Source of the DNA: Alphaproteobacteria bacterium
GTDB taxonomy: Bacteria; Pseudomonadota; Alphaproteobacteria; RF32; CAG-239
Length of the DNA: 64,000 bases
Assembly (NCBI GenBank): GCA_045637985.1
Contig: JAZUAM010000020.1
Span: 184 to 64,183, forward strand
Reading direction: 5' to 3'
A program made the position numbers and the translations under genes. Every line of letters starts with the position of its first letter. The stretch's first letter is position 1. Positions 17,553 to 26,205 of the stretch are shown in pieces. Under the pieces are notes generated by a model that worked only from the letters and a program-made list of their open reading frames with translations, searched no databases and was not told the DNA's origin.

Positions 17553-18310
17553 TGTCATATATATCAACAAATTTAAATTTATTGATGACGATTGCCAAAA
17601 AAGCATCGAGCGGTTTATCTCGAGATTTTAGCGAAATTGAAAAACTGCAAACATCAATAAAAGGTCATGTTGAATTTACCAAAGCTGCCACAGACCGTAC
17701 TTTAAAGATACTTCGTACGGAATTACAAAAGGCTCGTCCTCAACATGCCGTTATAAGTAAGGGTGATAAAGTGCCTAATACTCCTCATTTTTTGGTTTCT
17801 CCGTTAGATGGTGAGATAAACTTTATCCATGGTGTTCCTTATTTTGCTGTAAGTATTGCTGAAATAGAAAATGGTTCGGTTATTTCTGCCGTAATATACA
17901 ATCCGGCCACGTCGGATATGTTCTTTGCGGAAAAAGGTAATGGCGCATTCAAAGAAGGATATCGCAATCATGAGCGTTTGCGTGTTTCTGCGCGCAAAGA
18001 TTTGGCTATGGCTTTGGTTGCAGGCAGTGATTCCATTGCTTCTTCTGTGTCTTCCGTACGCAATTTTGGATGTATAAGTTTAGATTTGGCTAATTTAGCT
18101 TCCGGTAAACTGGACGGGGTTGTTTCCTTTGGTAACGATTCCGCAGATATTGCTGCCGGTATGTTGTTGGTAAAAGAGGCCGGAGGGCAGGTTCTGGCAA
18201 AAGAACAAAAAGATATTCGTACGGCTGATTTGGGATTGGTTCTTGCATCGGGCAATATTATTGCATCAAATGCAGAATTAAGCAAAAAATTATTTGATTT
18301 GGTAAAATAG
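17552..18310 (+). CDS. suhB: Inositol monophosphatase family protein (SuhB-like)
   Basis: IMPase motifs are present: VSPLDGEINFIHGVPYFAVSIA and ADIAAGMLLVKEAGG. Confidence 0.8.
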   Translation: MSYISTNLNLLMTIAKKASSGLSRDFSEIEKLQTSIKGHVEFTKAATDRTLKILRTELQKARPQHAVISKGDKVPNTPHFLVSPLDGEINFIHGVPYFAVSIAEIENGSVISAVIYNPATSDMFFAEKGNGAFKEGYRNHERLRVSARKDLAMALVAGSDSIASSVSSVRNFGCISLDLANLASGKLDGVVSFGNDSADIAAGMLLVKEAGGQVLAKEQKDIRTADLGLVLASGNIIASNAELSKKLFDLVK

Positions 18311-18327
18311 TAAAAAAGGGGAAAACA

Positions 18328-19224
18328 ATGCGTCTGGGAAAAGTTGCTTTTGTTGTTGCGTTGGGAATATGTTCAATGGGTAGAGCTGAAGATAGCGTTG
18401 TCGTTGATTTATCGGTTTTAGACAACCTCAATACAACATACATTGCTCCCGCTGAACCGTTGTTTCCCGTTTTACCGAAACAAAATAAGTTAAAAACAAA
18501 CAATATCAAAAAAGCCAAAAAAACAAATAACAGCAAAAAGGTAGAAAAAGCACAGGTAAAAGAAAAGATTGTTGTCAAAACAGAACCTTTAGTTGAAGTT
18601 GTTGACAAGAAATCTGAAATCTCGGTTACAGATAAAGAATCCTTTGTGGAGGTTGTTGATAAAGAGCCTGTTGTTGTCGTTGATGTCGAACCTGTTTCGG
18701 CAGTTTTACCTTCCAAAGCGGAAGAGCCGACAATTTCTCAGCAACAGGAAATCAGTTCTCCGAATATGGTCGAAACTATGCAAAATGATAGTATCGAGCA
18801 AATTGAAGATATAAACAGCAATCAAAAAGCACCATCATTGATTGAACCGTCTCAAGAAACAATAATTTCTAATCAAGATGAAATTCCGGCATTATTAATT
18901 GAGGAAACAACCTCGGAAGCAAAAGCTGTTGATAATAGTATAATTTTTGCTGACGATGTTGATGAACTTAATCCCGAGCAAATGTCAAAAATAGATGCAA
19001 TTATCAGTGGTTTTAAAAATACCGATACTAAAAAAATAGCAATCTATTCATACAATCTTGATGATGGGGTTGATAGTTTCAAGAAAAAACGCATAAGCTT
19101 AAATCGCGCCGTAGAAGTAAGAAGCTATCTTATTAAGCAAGGATATAAGAACTTTAGTATTAAGGTTATAAATATTAATACCGGTTCAGACAAGATAAAT
19201 ACTGTAGAATTAGAAGAAATTTAA
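18328..19224 (+). CDS. Secreted protein with OmpA-like C-terminal domain
   Basis: It has a signal peptide (MRLGKVAFVVALGICSMGRAED) and a K/E/V-rich linker with short EVVDK repeats. The C-terminus matches an OmpA_C pattern (IAIYSYNLDDG...ISLNRAVEVRSYLIKQG). Confidence 0.5.
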   Translation: MRLGKVAFVVALGICSMGRAEDSVVVDLSVLDNLNTTYIAPAEPLFPVLPKQNKLKTNNIKKAKKTNNSKKVEKAQVKEKIVVKTEPLVEVVDKKSEISVTDKESFVEVVDKEPVVVVDVEPVSAVLPSKAEEPTISQQQEISSPNMVETMQNDSIEQIEDINSNQKAPSLIEPSQETIISNQDEIPALLIEETTSEAKAVDNSIIFADDVDELNPEQMSKIDAIISGFKNTDTKKIAIYSYNLDDGVDSFKKKRISLNRAVEVRSYLIKQGYKNFSIKVININTGSDKINTVELEEI

Positions 19225-19243
19225 AAAAATATTTAAATAATGC

Positions 19244-19272
19244 TTGCGTTATTTAATTCCTTAATGTATAAA
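19244..19272 (+). promoter_or_regulatory. Sigma70-type promoter of rpmE (TTGCGT-N17-TATAAA)
   Basis: The -35 ttgcgt is at 19244-19249, followed by a 17-nt spacer and the -10 tataaa at 19267-19272. Confidence 0.5.
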
Positions 19273-19330
19273 GAGCGCAAAATGTCGCGTTTAACGCAGA
19301 ATCAATGTTTAAAACTGGGAGTTTTTTAAG

Positions 19331-19567
19331 ATGAAAAAAGGTATTCATCCTGATTATCATGAGATTACATATGTAATGACAGATGGTCAAAAATATACTA
19401 CTCGTTCTACAATGGGTAAAGCTGGTGACGTAATCAACTTGGAAGTAGATCCTAAGTCTCATCCGGTATGGACAGGTGTTCGTCGTTTGGTCGATACAGG
19501 CGGACAACTTTCTAAGTTTAAGAATAAATTTGGTGCATTTGGTATCAAAACCGGTGATGCTGAGTAG
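19331..19567 (+). CDS. rpmE: 50S ribosomal protein L31
   Basis: It begins [19 protein letters not shown] and contains HPVWTG. It is 78 aa and has no Cys motif. Confidence 0.9.
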   Translation: MKKGIHPDYHEITYVMTDGQKYTTRSTMGKAGDVINLEVDPKSHPVWTGVRRLVDTGGQLSKFKNKFGAFGIKTGDAE

Positions 19568-19595
19568 TATTTAGCGATAAAGCTTACGATTTATT

Positions 19596-19630
19596 AACCT
19601 GCGCTTGATATTATGAGCGCAGGTTTTTTA
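19596..19630 (+). terminator. rpmE terminator
   Basis: The hairpin aacctgcgct-tgatattatg-agcgcaggtt is followed by TTTTT. It overlaps the track start (19613) of the next ORF, which argues for the later start. Confidence 0.8.
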
Positions 19631-19648
19631 TATCTGAGGATTATCACA

Positions 19649-21268
19649 ATGACAAAAATTGCCCATTATGAGGTCTATATAGACAATGGCAGTGGTTGGC
19701 AACTTATGGAACGTTTTGCAACAGAACAACGTCATGAGGCTTATCAACTTGCAAAAGAACAAGAAGCATCAAATGCCAAAGTTAAAATAATCAAAGAAAC
19801 ATTTGAGATATCGGACAACAGTTATGTCGAGGCTGTAGAGTATATTAGTACCGGAAGCACCAAAAAAGGCAGCAAAAAATCATTAAGCAAAATAGATTAC
19901 CAAAAATCATCCAATGAAGTGGTACAAGACATTGCAGATAGTCGTCGTAACATATACAAAGCAATGATAAAATTTTTTGCATTGATACTGGTAAGTTTAA
20001 TATTTGCCAATATTTTTGTAAGCTTAATGTTTCCGTTGTTAGAAAATTTTGTCGGTGAAGACAACAATAACTCTCTTATGTTTTTTATTTTCTTTGCGGT
20101 ATTTTTGGCAATGGCAGTACCTTTGGTACTAAAAAACATTCCTTGGTATATATTTGTTAATCAAGAAGATAACGAAAAAAAAGATATAACGGAAGAAAAG
20201 TTTTTTGAAAAGGCTCAAAGTCTGGTTAAAGCCTACAATATTAATTCCGATTTAAAAAATTTAAAAACCAGTGCTTATCCGGAGGCACCTTTAGAATATA
20301 AACAATATCTTGTGTATTTTCTAAGTGAAATTTTATCAAACCTGAATGTACGTTCAGCGTTACAAAACAGTTTTTCCAGAATGGGGGTTAAATTGTTGGT
20401 ATTTGGCGGTTGTTTAGAACTTGCACGATATGGCGGCTTAAAAATGAGTGAAGCCAATTCCATATTGTTTGATGCATTTAAGATAACTGATGGGGATAAA
20501 GCTGATTTAGAAGAATTTTATGAGGCAAAACAAACCTATAGTGATAATAAAATAGCAATATATCTTACAGGAGTCGGTGCTTTTCTGATGCATCAAATAA
20601 TAAGCGATCAAAAACTTTATACCAAAGTCTTAAATCAGGCATTTGACAAATGGGAAGCTCAAAGGAACCCGGCAGTTCGTTCTCCCAACATCTCAAATGA
20701 AACTCCTTCTCAAAAAAAGGCCGTTGTTGAAACCGAAACAACTAAAGAGCCAATCACGCCGGCAATTGAAGAAAAATCAATAGTTTGTCGAGTTAACATC
20801 AAAAGCGATTTGAAGTTTTTAGATGCTTCAATTCCCAATCAAGATGAAATCGCAACCAAAATTAGCGAGGCAATCAGAATAATTGTTTCAAATTTATCTG
20901 AAAAATATCATGGCTACAATGTATATGAAATCGATGGAATATCAACAGTTGATTTTAACAAAATAAGAGACGGAGCCAAATTTGCTATCGAATATCTCAA
21001 GGATATTGCCATATATATTGATGAAAACAGTGATGAAAGAATGATATTACGCAACTGTTGCACATTAATAAAAGCAGAAGGCAATTTTGAGATGAATCAA
21101 AAACAATATGTTTTGGACATTTTTGAACACATATACAACAATGAAATTGTTGCAGTAAAAGATATTGCAATAATTTTAGAAGGAGAAGGATACGAAGTCG
21201 AATTTTTAGGCGATAAACTGCTTAAAGAGACATCTTCAACCGAAGAACTTTATAAACTAAAATATTAA
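19649..21268 (+). CDS. Hypothetical membrane protein
   Basis: The ATG at 19649 (MTKIAHYEV) has GAGGA 8 nt upstream. Two TM segments lie in the first third (FFALILVSLIFANIFVSLMF, FFIFFAVFLAMAVPLVL). I recognise no motif. Confidence 0.6.
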   Translation: MTKIAHYEVYIDNGSGWQLMERFATEQRHEAYQLAKEQEASNAKVKIIKETFEISDNSYVEAVEYISTGSTKKGSKKSLSKIDYQKSSNEVVQDIADSRRNIYKAMIKFFALILVSLIFANIFVSLMFPLLENFVGEDNNNSLMFFIFFAVFLAMAVPLVLKNIPWYIFVNQEDNEKKDITEEKFFEKAQSLVKAYNINSDLKNLKTSAYPEAPLEYKQYLVYFLSEILSNLNVRSALQNSFSRMGVKLLVFGGCLELARYGGLKMSEANSILFDAFKITDGDKADLEEFYEAKQTYSDNKIAIYLTGVGAFLMHQIISDQKLYTKVLNQAFDKWEAQRNPAVRSPNISNETPSQKKAVVETETTKEPITPAIEEKSIVCRVNIKSDLKFLDASIPNQDEIATKISEAIRIIVSNLSEKYHGYNVYEIDGISTVDFNKIRDGAKFAIEYLKDIAIYIDENSDERMILRNCCTLIKAEGNFEMNQKQYVLDIFEHIYNNEIVAVKDIAIILEGEGYEVEFLGDKLLKETSSTEELYKLKY

Positions 21269-21367
21269 CTGCGTTAAAGCTTTAAAAAAAACTTGTATAT
21301 TTTAAATAAAAAAACTATTCTCTAAGCAGTTTTTTAAAGTTACATATTTGTAGAAAGGATTTTTGAT

Positions 21368-22072
21368 ATGACAGCACCTTTAATGCCTCGCGCAACAGCT
21401 GTGTGGTTAGTTGAAAACACAACACTTACATTTCGTCAGATAGCTGTATTTTGTGAGATACACGAACTTGAAATCCAAGCTATGGCAGACGGCGATGTTT
21501 CCGGTAATATTCGAGGCCTTTCGCCAATAGATAATGGTCAATTGACTTGGGATGAAATACATCGTTGCGAAGCCGACAAAAAAGCTAATTTGCAGGCGAA
21601 CGAAATGGAGCGTAATGTTAAGCTTCGTAATCTGAAAGCTAAAAAGGTATTGTCACCTTCTCAACGTCAGGATAAACCTAATGCTATTGCATGGGTAATC
21701 AAAAATTATCCTGAAATAAAAGACACATTAGTCTGTAAGTTAATTGGTACTACCAAATCAACAATTAATTCAATTCGCGATGGTTCACATAAAGATGCCG
21801 CCAACATTCGTCCTAAGAACCCTGTAACCATAGGATTGTGTTCGGAGGCAGACATTGAAAAAGCTTTACAGGCATCAAAGCCTAAGGTTAAAGCAGAAAA
21901 GAAAGCAAAACCGGCTAAAAAGGTTAAAGCAACCAAAAAGGATACGGTAAAAAAAGAAAAAGCTCCTAAAAAAGCTACAGCCAAAAAGGTTGCAACTAAA
22001 AAGAAACCGGTTAAGAAAGCAGCCAAAAAAACAACTAAAAAGACAACCAAAAAAGTTGTGGCAAAAAAGTAA
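21368..22072 (+). CDS. DUF1013 / TrcR-like protein with Lys-rich histone-H1-like C-terminal tail
   Basis: The N-terminal ~165 aa match the DUF1013 pattern as I remember it (PLMPRATAVWLVENTTLTFRQIA..., QRQDKPNAIAWVIKNYPEIKD...GTTKSTINSIRDGSH...PVTIGLCSE). The last ~65 aa are KKxxxKK repeats. Confidence 0.65.
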   Translation: MTAPLMPRATAVWLVENTTLTFRQIAVFCEIHELEIQAMADGDVSGNIRGLSPIDNGQLTWDEIHRCEADKKANLQANEMERNVKLRNLKAKKVLSPSQRQDKPNAIAWVIKNYPEIKDTLVCKLIGTTKSTINSIRDGSHKDAANIRPKNPVTIGLCSEADIEKALQASKPKVKAEKKAKPAKKVKATKKDTVKKEKAPKKATAKKVATKKKPVKKAAKKTTKKTTKKVVAKK

Positions 22073-22093
22073 TTTTTTTACAGTCCTTGAATC

Positions 22094-22119
22094 AAAGCCC
22101 CTTTGTACAAAGGGGCTTT
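22094..22119. terminator. Bidirectional terminator between the trcR-like gene and alr
   Basis: The sequence aaagcccctttg-ta-caaaggggcttt is a perfect palindrome with A/T runs on both sides. Confidence 0.75.
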
Positions 22120-22123
22120 ATTT

Positions 22124-23212
22124 CTATATATATTTTACATCAAAACGTTTATTTTTTCCTACGCGCGACATTATTTCATAAGATATTGTTTCTGCAGAGC
22201 GCGCCATATCATCTAAAGTATAAAAATCAGATGCCAAATATCCCCAATCACCGCATTTTATTCCATCTATATTGGAAACATCACAAATGATGTTATCCAT
22301 AGACACTCTGCCGATAATATTTGCCTCATGTATTTTTTCGTTAATACAGAAAAATACTTTTCCGATATTAGACAAAGATCTTGGTATGCCATCTCCATAA
22401 CCGATTGATACAATTGCTATTTTTTTATCTGAGCTAGCCCTATATGTTGCAGAATATCCGACAAAATCTCCTTTGGGTAAATCAGCTATTTGTAAAATGG
22501 GAGCTTTAATGCTGACAACGTTTTTCATCTGATTAAGTCTGTAAGGCGCGGTATTGATTCCATACATTGCAGCACCCAACCTGACCATATCATAATGAAA
22601 ATCATTTCCGAGAAACACACCGTCCGATGCCGATAAACTTGCCGGCAAATCACTAAAATATTTCTTTCTTAATCGATCAAAAGTTTCGATTTGATGTTTA
22701 TTCATAAAATGTTCTTTTTCGTCCCCGCATGCTAAATGAGACATAACCAAAGAAAACATTTTGCGCTCATCATCCGTCAATTTTTCTATTTCATTTTCTC
22801 TAAAACCGAGTCTGTTTAATCCTGTTTCAATTTGTATAGCAATTTTACCTTTTTTTACTTTATTTGTTTTCCAAAATTCAAACATTTGCGGAGAACTTAT
22901 TACAGGTACAAGTTGTGGTATGCTGTTAAAAACATCCAAGGAATCTTCACCGATACCTTGCAAAACATAAATGGTAACATCATTAAGTATCTTAGCTATT
23001 TTTTCGCCCTCGACGGCATGAGCCACAAAAAAATTATGACATCCGCCCTTATCATAAAGCATTTTTGCAATTTTTTCAGCACCCAGACCATACGCATCAT
23101 CTTTTACAACCGCTGCCGCCATAGCATTATTTGCAATATTTTTTAATGTAATATAATTATCTAATAAATTATTTAAATTGATTTCCAAAACTGGTCTTGT
23201 TAAGATAGTCAT
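22124..23212 (-). CDS. alr: Alanine racemase
   Basis: It contains AAVVKDDAYGLG (the PLP lysine context), is 362 aa long, and has a typical C-terminal beta domain. Confidence 0.85.
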   Translation of the reverse strand: MTILTRPVLEINLNNLLDNYITLKNIANNAMAAAVVKDDAYGLGAEKIAKMLYDKGGCHNFFVAHAVEGEKIAKILNDVTIYVLQGIGEDSLDVFNSIPQLVPVISSPQMFEFWKTNKVKKGKIAIQIETGLNRLGFRENEIEKLTDDERKMFSLVMSHLACGDEKEHFMNKHQIETFDRLRKKYFSDLPASLSASDGVFLGNDFHYDMVRLGAAMYGINTAPYRLNQMKNVVSIKAPILQIADLPKGDFVGYSATYRASSDKKIAIVSIGYGDGIPRSLSNIGKVFFCINEKIHEANIIGRVSMDNIICDVSNIDGIKCGDWGYLASDFYTLDDMARSAETISYEIMSRVGKNKRFDVKYI

Positions 23213-23255
23213 AATATTATCCCGCCATCAACAACGATTAAACAAAGTAACAATA

Positions 23256-23981
23256 ATGCAATTTACCGATTCTCACATCCATTTGCAAGACTATAAATCA
23301 AAGAATGCTCAGCAAATTATAACAGATATGAAAAAATATGGTTTTGCTAAAGTTATATGTGTCTCATCAAGACCTGATGATTGGCAAAAAGTTGCTGATT
23401 TGGCGGTTATATACCCTGATTTCATAATTCCGTCATTTGGTCTGCATCCGTGGTATATCAATGAAAAAGATGATGATTGGCTATCAGATATCCGAAAATA
23501 TTTGCATAAATTTTCTTTTTCATGTGTTGGAGAGTGTGGTTTGGATCGATTAAAAGCTCCAACCGAAGAAGGACAATACGATATTTTTGTAAAACAACTT
23601 GCTCTGGCAAAAGAATTGAATCGTCCGATAAATATTCACGCTCTGAAAGCTGAAGCATTACTTAATGATTTGTGGCAAGAAATGCCACCAAAATTTTTAC
23701 TTCATTCCTTTGGCGGAAGTTTAGATTTCTTAAAACAGGCTTTGAAATACGGGGCATATATTTCATTATCGCCGTCTGTTTTAAAACGAAAAAATGCTTT
23801 TGATATTATAAAAGAAATTCCATCCGAGAGAATACTTTCGGAAAGTGATGCTCCTTATCAGTCATCATATGAACAAATTCCGGAATTTATATCGGCAGTG
23901 GCTCAAATAAAAAACATTTCTCAACAACAACTAACATCAATTATTTATAATAATTTTCAGGAGTTTTGCAATGTCAGATAA
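23256..23981 (+). CDS. tatD: TatD-family metal-dependent hydrolase
   Basis: The ATG at 23256 gives MQFTDSHIHLQDY (HxH motif). GECGLD and HSFGGS are present. The track start at 23178 overlaps alr. Confidence 0.85.
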   Translation: MQFTDSHIHLQDYKSKNAQQIITDMKKYGFAKVICVSSRPDDWQKVADLAVIYPDFIIPSFGLHPWYINEKDDDWLSDIRKYLHKFSFSCVGECGLDRLKAPTEEGQYDIFVKQLALAKELNRPINIHALKAEALLNDLWQEMPPKFLLHSFGGSLDFLKQALKYGAYISLSPSVLKRKNAFDIIKEIPSERILSESDAPYQSSYEQIPEFISAVAQIKNISQQQLTSIIYNNFQEFCNVR

Positions 23982-24714
23982 ACGTTTTTCTCGGACAAGT
24001 ATGTTATTAGGCAAAGACAAAATGCAAAAATTAAGAGATAAAAAAATTATGATAATCGGCATGGGGGCTGTAGGCGGATACGTTTTAGAAGGTTTGTCCC
24101 GAGCCGGTATTAACAATTTTATTTTGGTTGATTTTGATTGTTTTGACGAAACAAATATAAATCGTCAAATATTAGCAACAACCGAAACTATCGGTCAAAA
24201 AAAAGTCGAGGTTGCCAAAGCAAGAGTCTTAAGCATAAATCCTCAGGCCTCTGTTAAAATAAAAGATATTTTTATAAATTCAGAAAATATTTCAGAGATA
24301 CTATCAGAATGCCCGGATATGGTTATCGATGCTATTGATTCATTAAATCCGAAGTGCGATTTGATAGAAGCGCTGTACAAACACTCAATTCCTTTTATTT
24401 CCTCAATGGGTGCAGCCCTAAAAACTGATGTCTCAAAAATAAAATATGGCAATTTGAGTAACAGCAAAAATTGTTCATTAGCCAAATTTGTTCGCAAACG
24501 ACTTCGCAAACGAGGCGTAGATATAAGCAACATAAAATGCGTTTGGTCAGAAGAACAAACAATACTTCCTGAAGGTGCGTTAGAGCTTTCTGATGAGATT
24601 TCAATCTCCGGTCGTGTTCGTCACACTTTAGGCTCTCTTCCAACTATTACGGCGATATTCGGTTTGACAATAGCCAACCAAGTTATTTTATGGCTTTCTG
24701 ATTGTAATAATTAA
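23971..24714 (+). CDS. tcdA: ThiF/HesA-family protein, probable tRNA threonylcarbamoyladenosine dehydratase
   Basis: It has the motif IIGMGAVGGYVLEGLSRAGINNFILVDFDCFDETNINRQ, is ~247 aa, and has no C-terminal rhodanese domain. Confidence 0.65.
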   Translation: MSDKRFSRTSMLLGKDKMQKLRDKKIMIIGMGAVGGYVLEGLSRAGINNFILVDFDCFDETNINRQILATTETIGQKKVEVAKARVLSINPQASVKIKDIFINSENISEILSECPDMVIDAIDSLNPKCDLIEALYKHSIPFISSMGAALKTDVSKIKYGNLSNSKNCSLAKFVRKRLRKRGVDISNIKCVWSEEQTILPEGALELSDEISISGRVRHTLGSLPTITAIFGLTIANQVILWLSDCNN

Positions 24715-24794
24715 TTTTTTTAACTTGTTTTTAAGCTAAAATCCATATAATCTGTAAAAAAATATACTTGGTTACAAAAAAAGGATTTTTTACA

Positions 24795-25655
24795 ATGAAA
24801 ATGATAAAGCCTATTGTTAATATCTCAAAGATAGCAGACGATTACGATACTTTTGTATTTGGCTTTAATGGTGTATTATCTGATGGTGCGCGAATTATGT
24901 CAGATGTGGCAAATTGCCTCAAAAATTTAGCATCTTTAAATAAAAAAATAGTTATTGTAAGTAATTCTCATTTAAGAGTGGCCGAAGTTGTATCTTTTTT
25001 ACAGGATAATGGTGTTTCTGTAGATATTTTCAGCAACATAGTTACTGCAGGAGAGATTTTACATTACAAATTAAAAAATCCTCAACATGAATATTCGGCA
25101 ATAGGTCACAAATACTATCATCTGGGAGCTAAAGACGGAAAGGGTATTTTTGCCGGACTTCCTTTTGAAGAAACAAATTCCATCGAAACAGCTCATTTTT
25201 TGTATATGAGTGCAGTTTCATCCGCAGATGATTCAATAGACAAATATCGTCCCCTACTAGAGCAAGCCGTAAGTTTTGGCCTTCCGTTTGTATGTGCCGG
25301 AAACGACACATCATGTTTTTCTGCCGGAAAACTATGTCTTGCATCCGGAGCTATAGCGGAAACATATGCTATTTTGGGCGGCCGCATAATTACTTTGGGC
25401 AAGCCGGATGTTCGTATTATACAATATGCTTTAGAAGGCATATCGGATATAGGGCGAGTTGTTGTTATTGGTGATAATGTTGCAACAGATATCAAATCTG
25501 CGACATTATTAGGGTATGATTCCATACTTATCTCAAAAGGACGTCATGTTAACTTTTTGGGTGAGGGCTATATTCCCGACGTTGCCAAAACACGGGAATT
25601 ATCAAACAATTATGATGTGTCACCAAATTGTGTAATTTCCGCAATGAGGTGGTAA
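24795..25655 (+). CDS. HAD-superfamily class IIA-like hydrolase
   Basis: The ATG at 24795 has AAGGA upstream. VIVSNS and VVIGDNVATDI match HAD motifs II and IV. Motif I reads FGFNGVL, with no Asp at the expected nucleophile position. Confidence 0.55.
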   Translation: MKMIKPIVNISKIADDYDTFVFGFNGVLSDGARIMSDVANCLKNLASLNKKIVIVSNSHLRVAEVVSFLQDNGVSVDIFSNIVTAGEILHYKLKNPQHEYSAIGHKYYHLGAKDGKGIFAGLPFEETNSIETAHFLYMSAVSSADDSIDKYRPLLEQAVSFGLPFVCAGNDTSCFSAGKLCLASGAIAETYAILGGRIITLGKPDVRIIQYALEGISDIGRVVVIGDNVATDIKSATLLGYDSILISKGRHVNFLGEGYIPDVAKTRELSNNYDVSPNCVISAMRW

Positions 25656-25656
25656 T

Positions 25657-26181
25657 ATGAAACTTAAAATAAAAATTCCGATACTAATTATCATAATATG
25701 GTTTTTCAGTTGGTTATTGTTTGAACCTATCTCTCAAATCGGTCTAAAAGGATCATACACCAATCCTCCGGAAGCGGGGCAAAAAATTACGGCATCGGAA
25801 TTAAAATCATTTTTGGATTTATGGTCAAGGATGCAACAAAGCGAACTAAAAGATATACTGGGACAAATGTCCCTTCGTTCAAACAACGAATATCCTGTTG
25901 TTTTAGTCAAATGGCTTGAAGCTCAACAATGGAATGTCGAAAGATTTTTTTACAATGAACAACGTTTGCTCGGGTTAGTAGACTATGTAAATCTCAACAA
26001 TAGTCTGAAAAGCAACATTGCCTTATCTAAAACTACAGGGGCAAATTTAAAAGAAGTAATTGAAAATCAACAACAACGAATGTCATCTTGTCCGTATGAC
26101 GAAGATGAAATGATGTTGATTAATAATAATCTTTATCAAATAACCGAAATATTTGCAGGTCGTGCCGTATTATCAAAATAA
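25657..26181 (+). CDS. Hypothetical protein with N-terminal TM/signal anchor
   Basis: It starts 1 nt after the HAD gene stop and begins MKLKIKIPILIIIIWFFSWLLF. I recognise no domain. Confidence 0.5.
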   Translation: MKLKIKIPILIIIIWFFSWLLFEPISQIGLKGSYTNPPEAGQKITASELKSFLDLWSRMQQSELKDILGQMSLRSNNEYPVVLVKWLEAQQWNVERFFYNEQRLLGLVDYVNLNNSLKSNIALSKTTGANLKEVIENQQQRMSSCPYDEDEMMLINNNLYQITEIFAGRAVLSK

Positions 26182-26205
26182 AGTATAATTTTAAGGAGTA
26201 GAGCT

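Noticed and set aside
18258-18716. 152-aa ORF on the minus strand overlapping suhB and the OmpA-like gene.
   Set aside because: It is a mirror image of the K/E/V-rich repeat region and has low complexity (T/S/F-rich). It overlaps two well-supported genes.
19613-19648. Track start of the membrane protein at 19613, and similar upstream extensions at 2496, 23178, 24768, 44145, 54544 and 55727.
   Set aside because: These extended starts run through terminator hairpins, promoters or neighbouring genes. Downstream in-frame ATG/GTG codons with Shine-Dalgarno sequences and family-typical N-termini are better supported.
21706-22050. 114-aa hydrophobic ORF antisense to the Lys-rich tail.
   Set aside because: AAA/AAG repeats read as TTT/CTT on the other strand and give a fake membrane protein.
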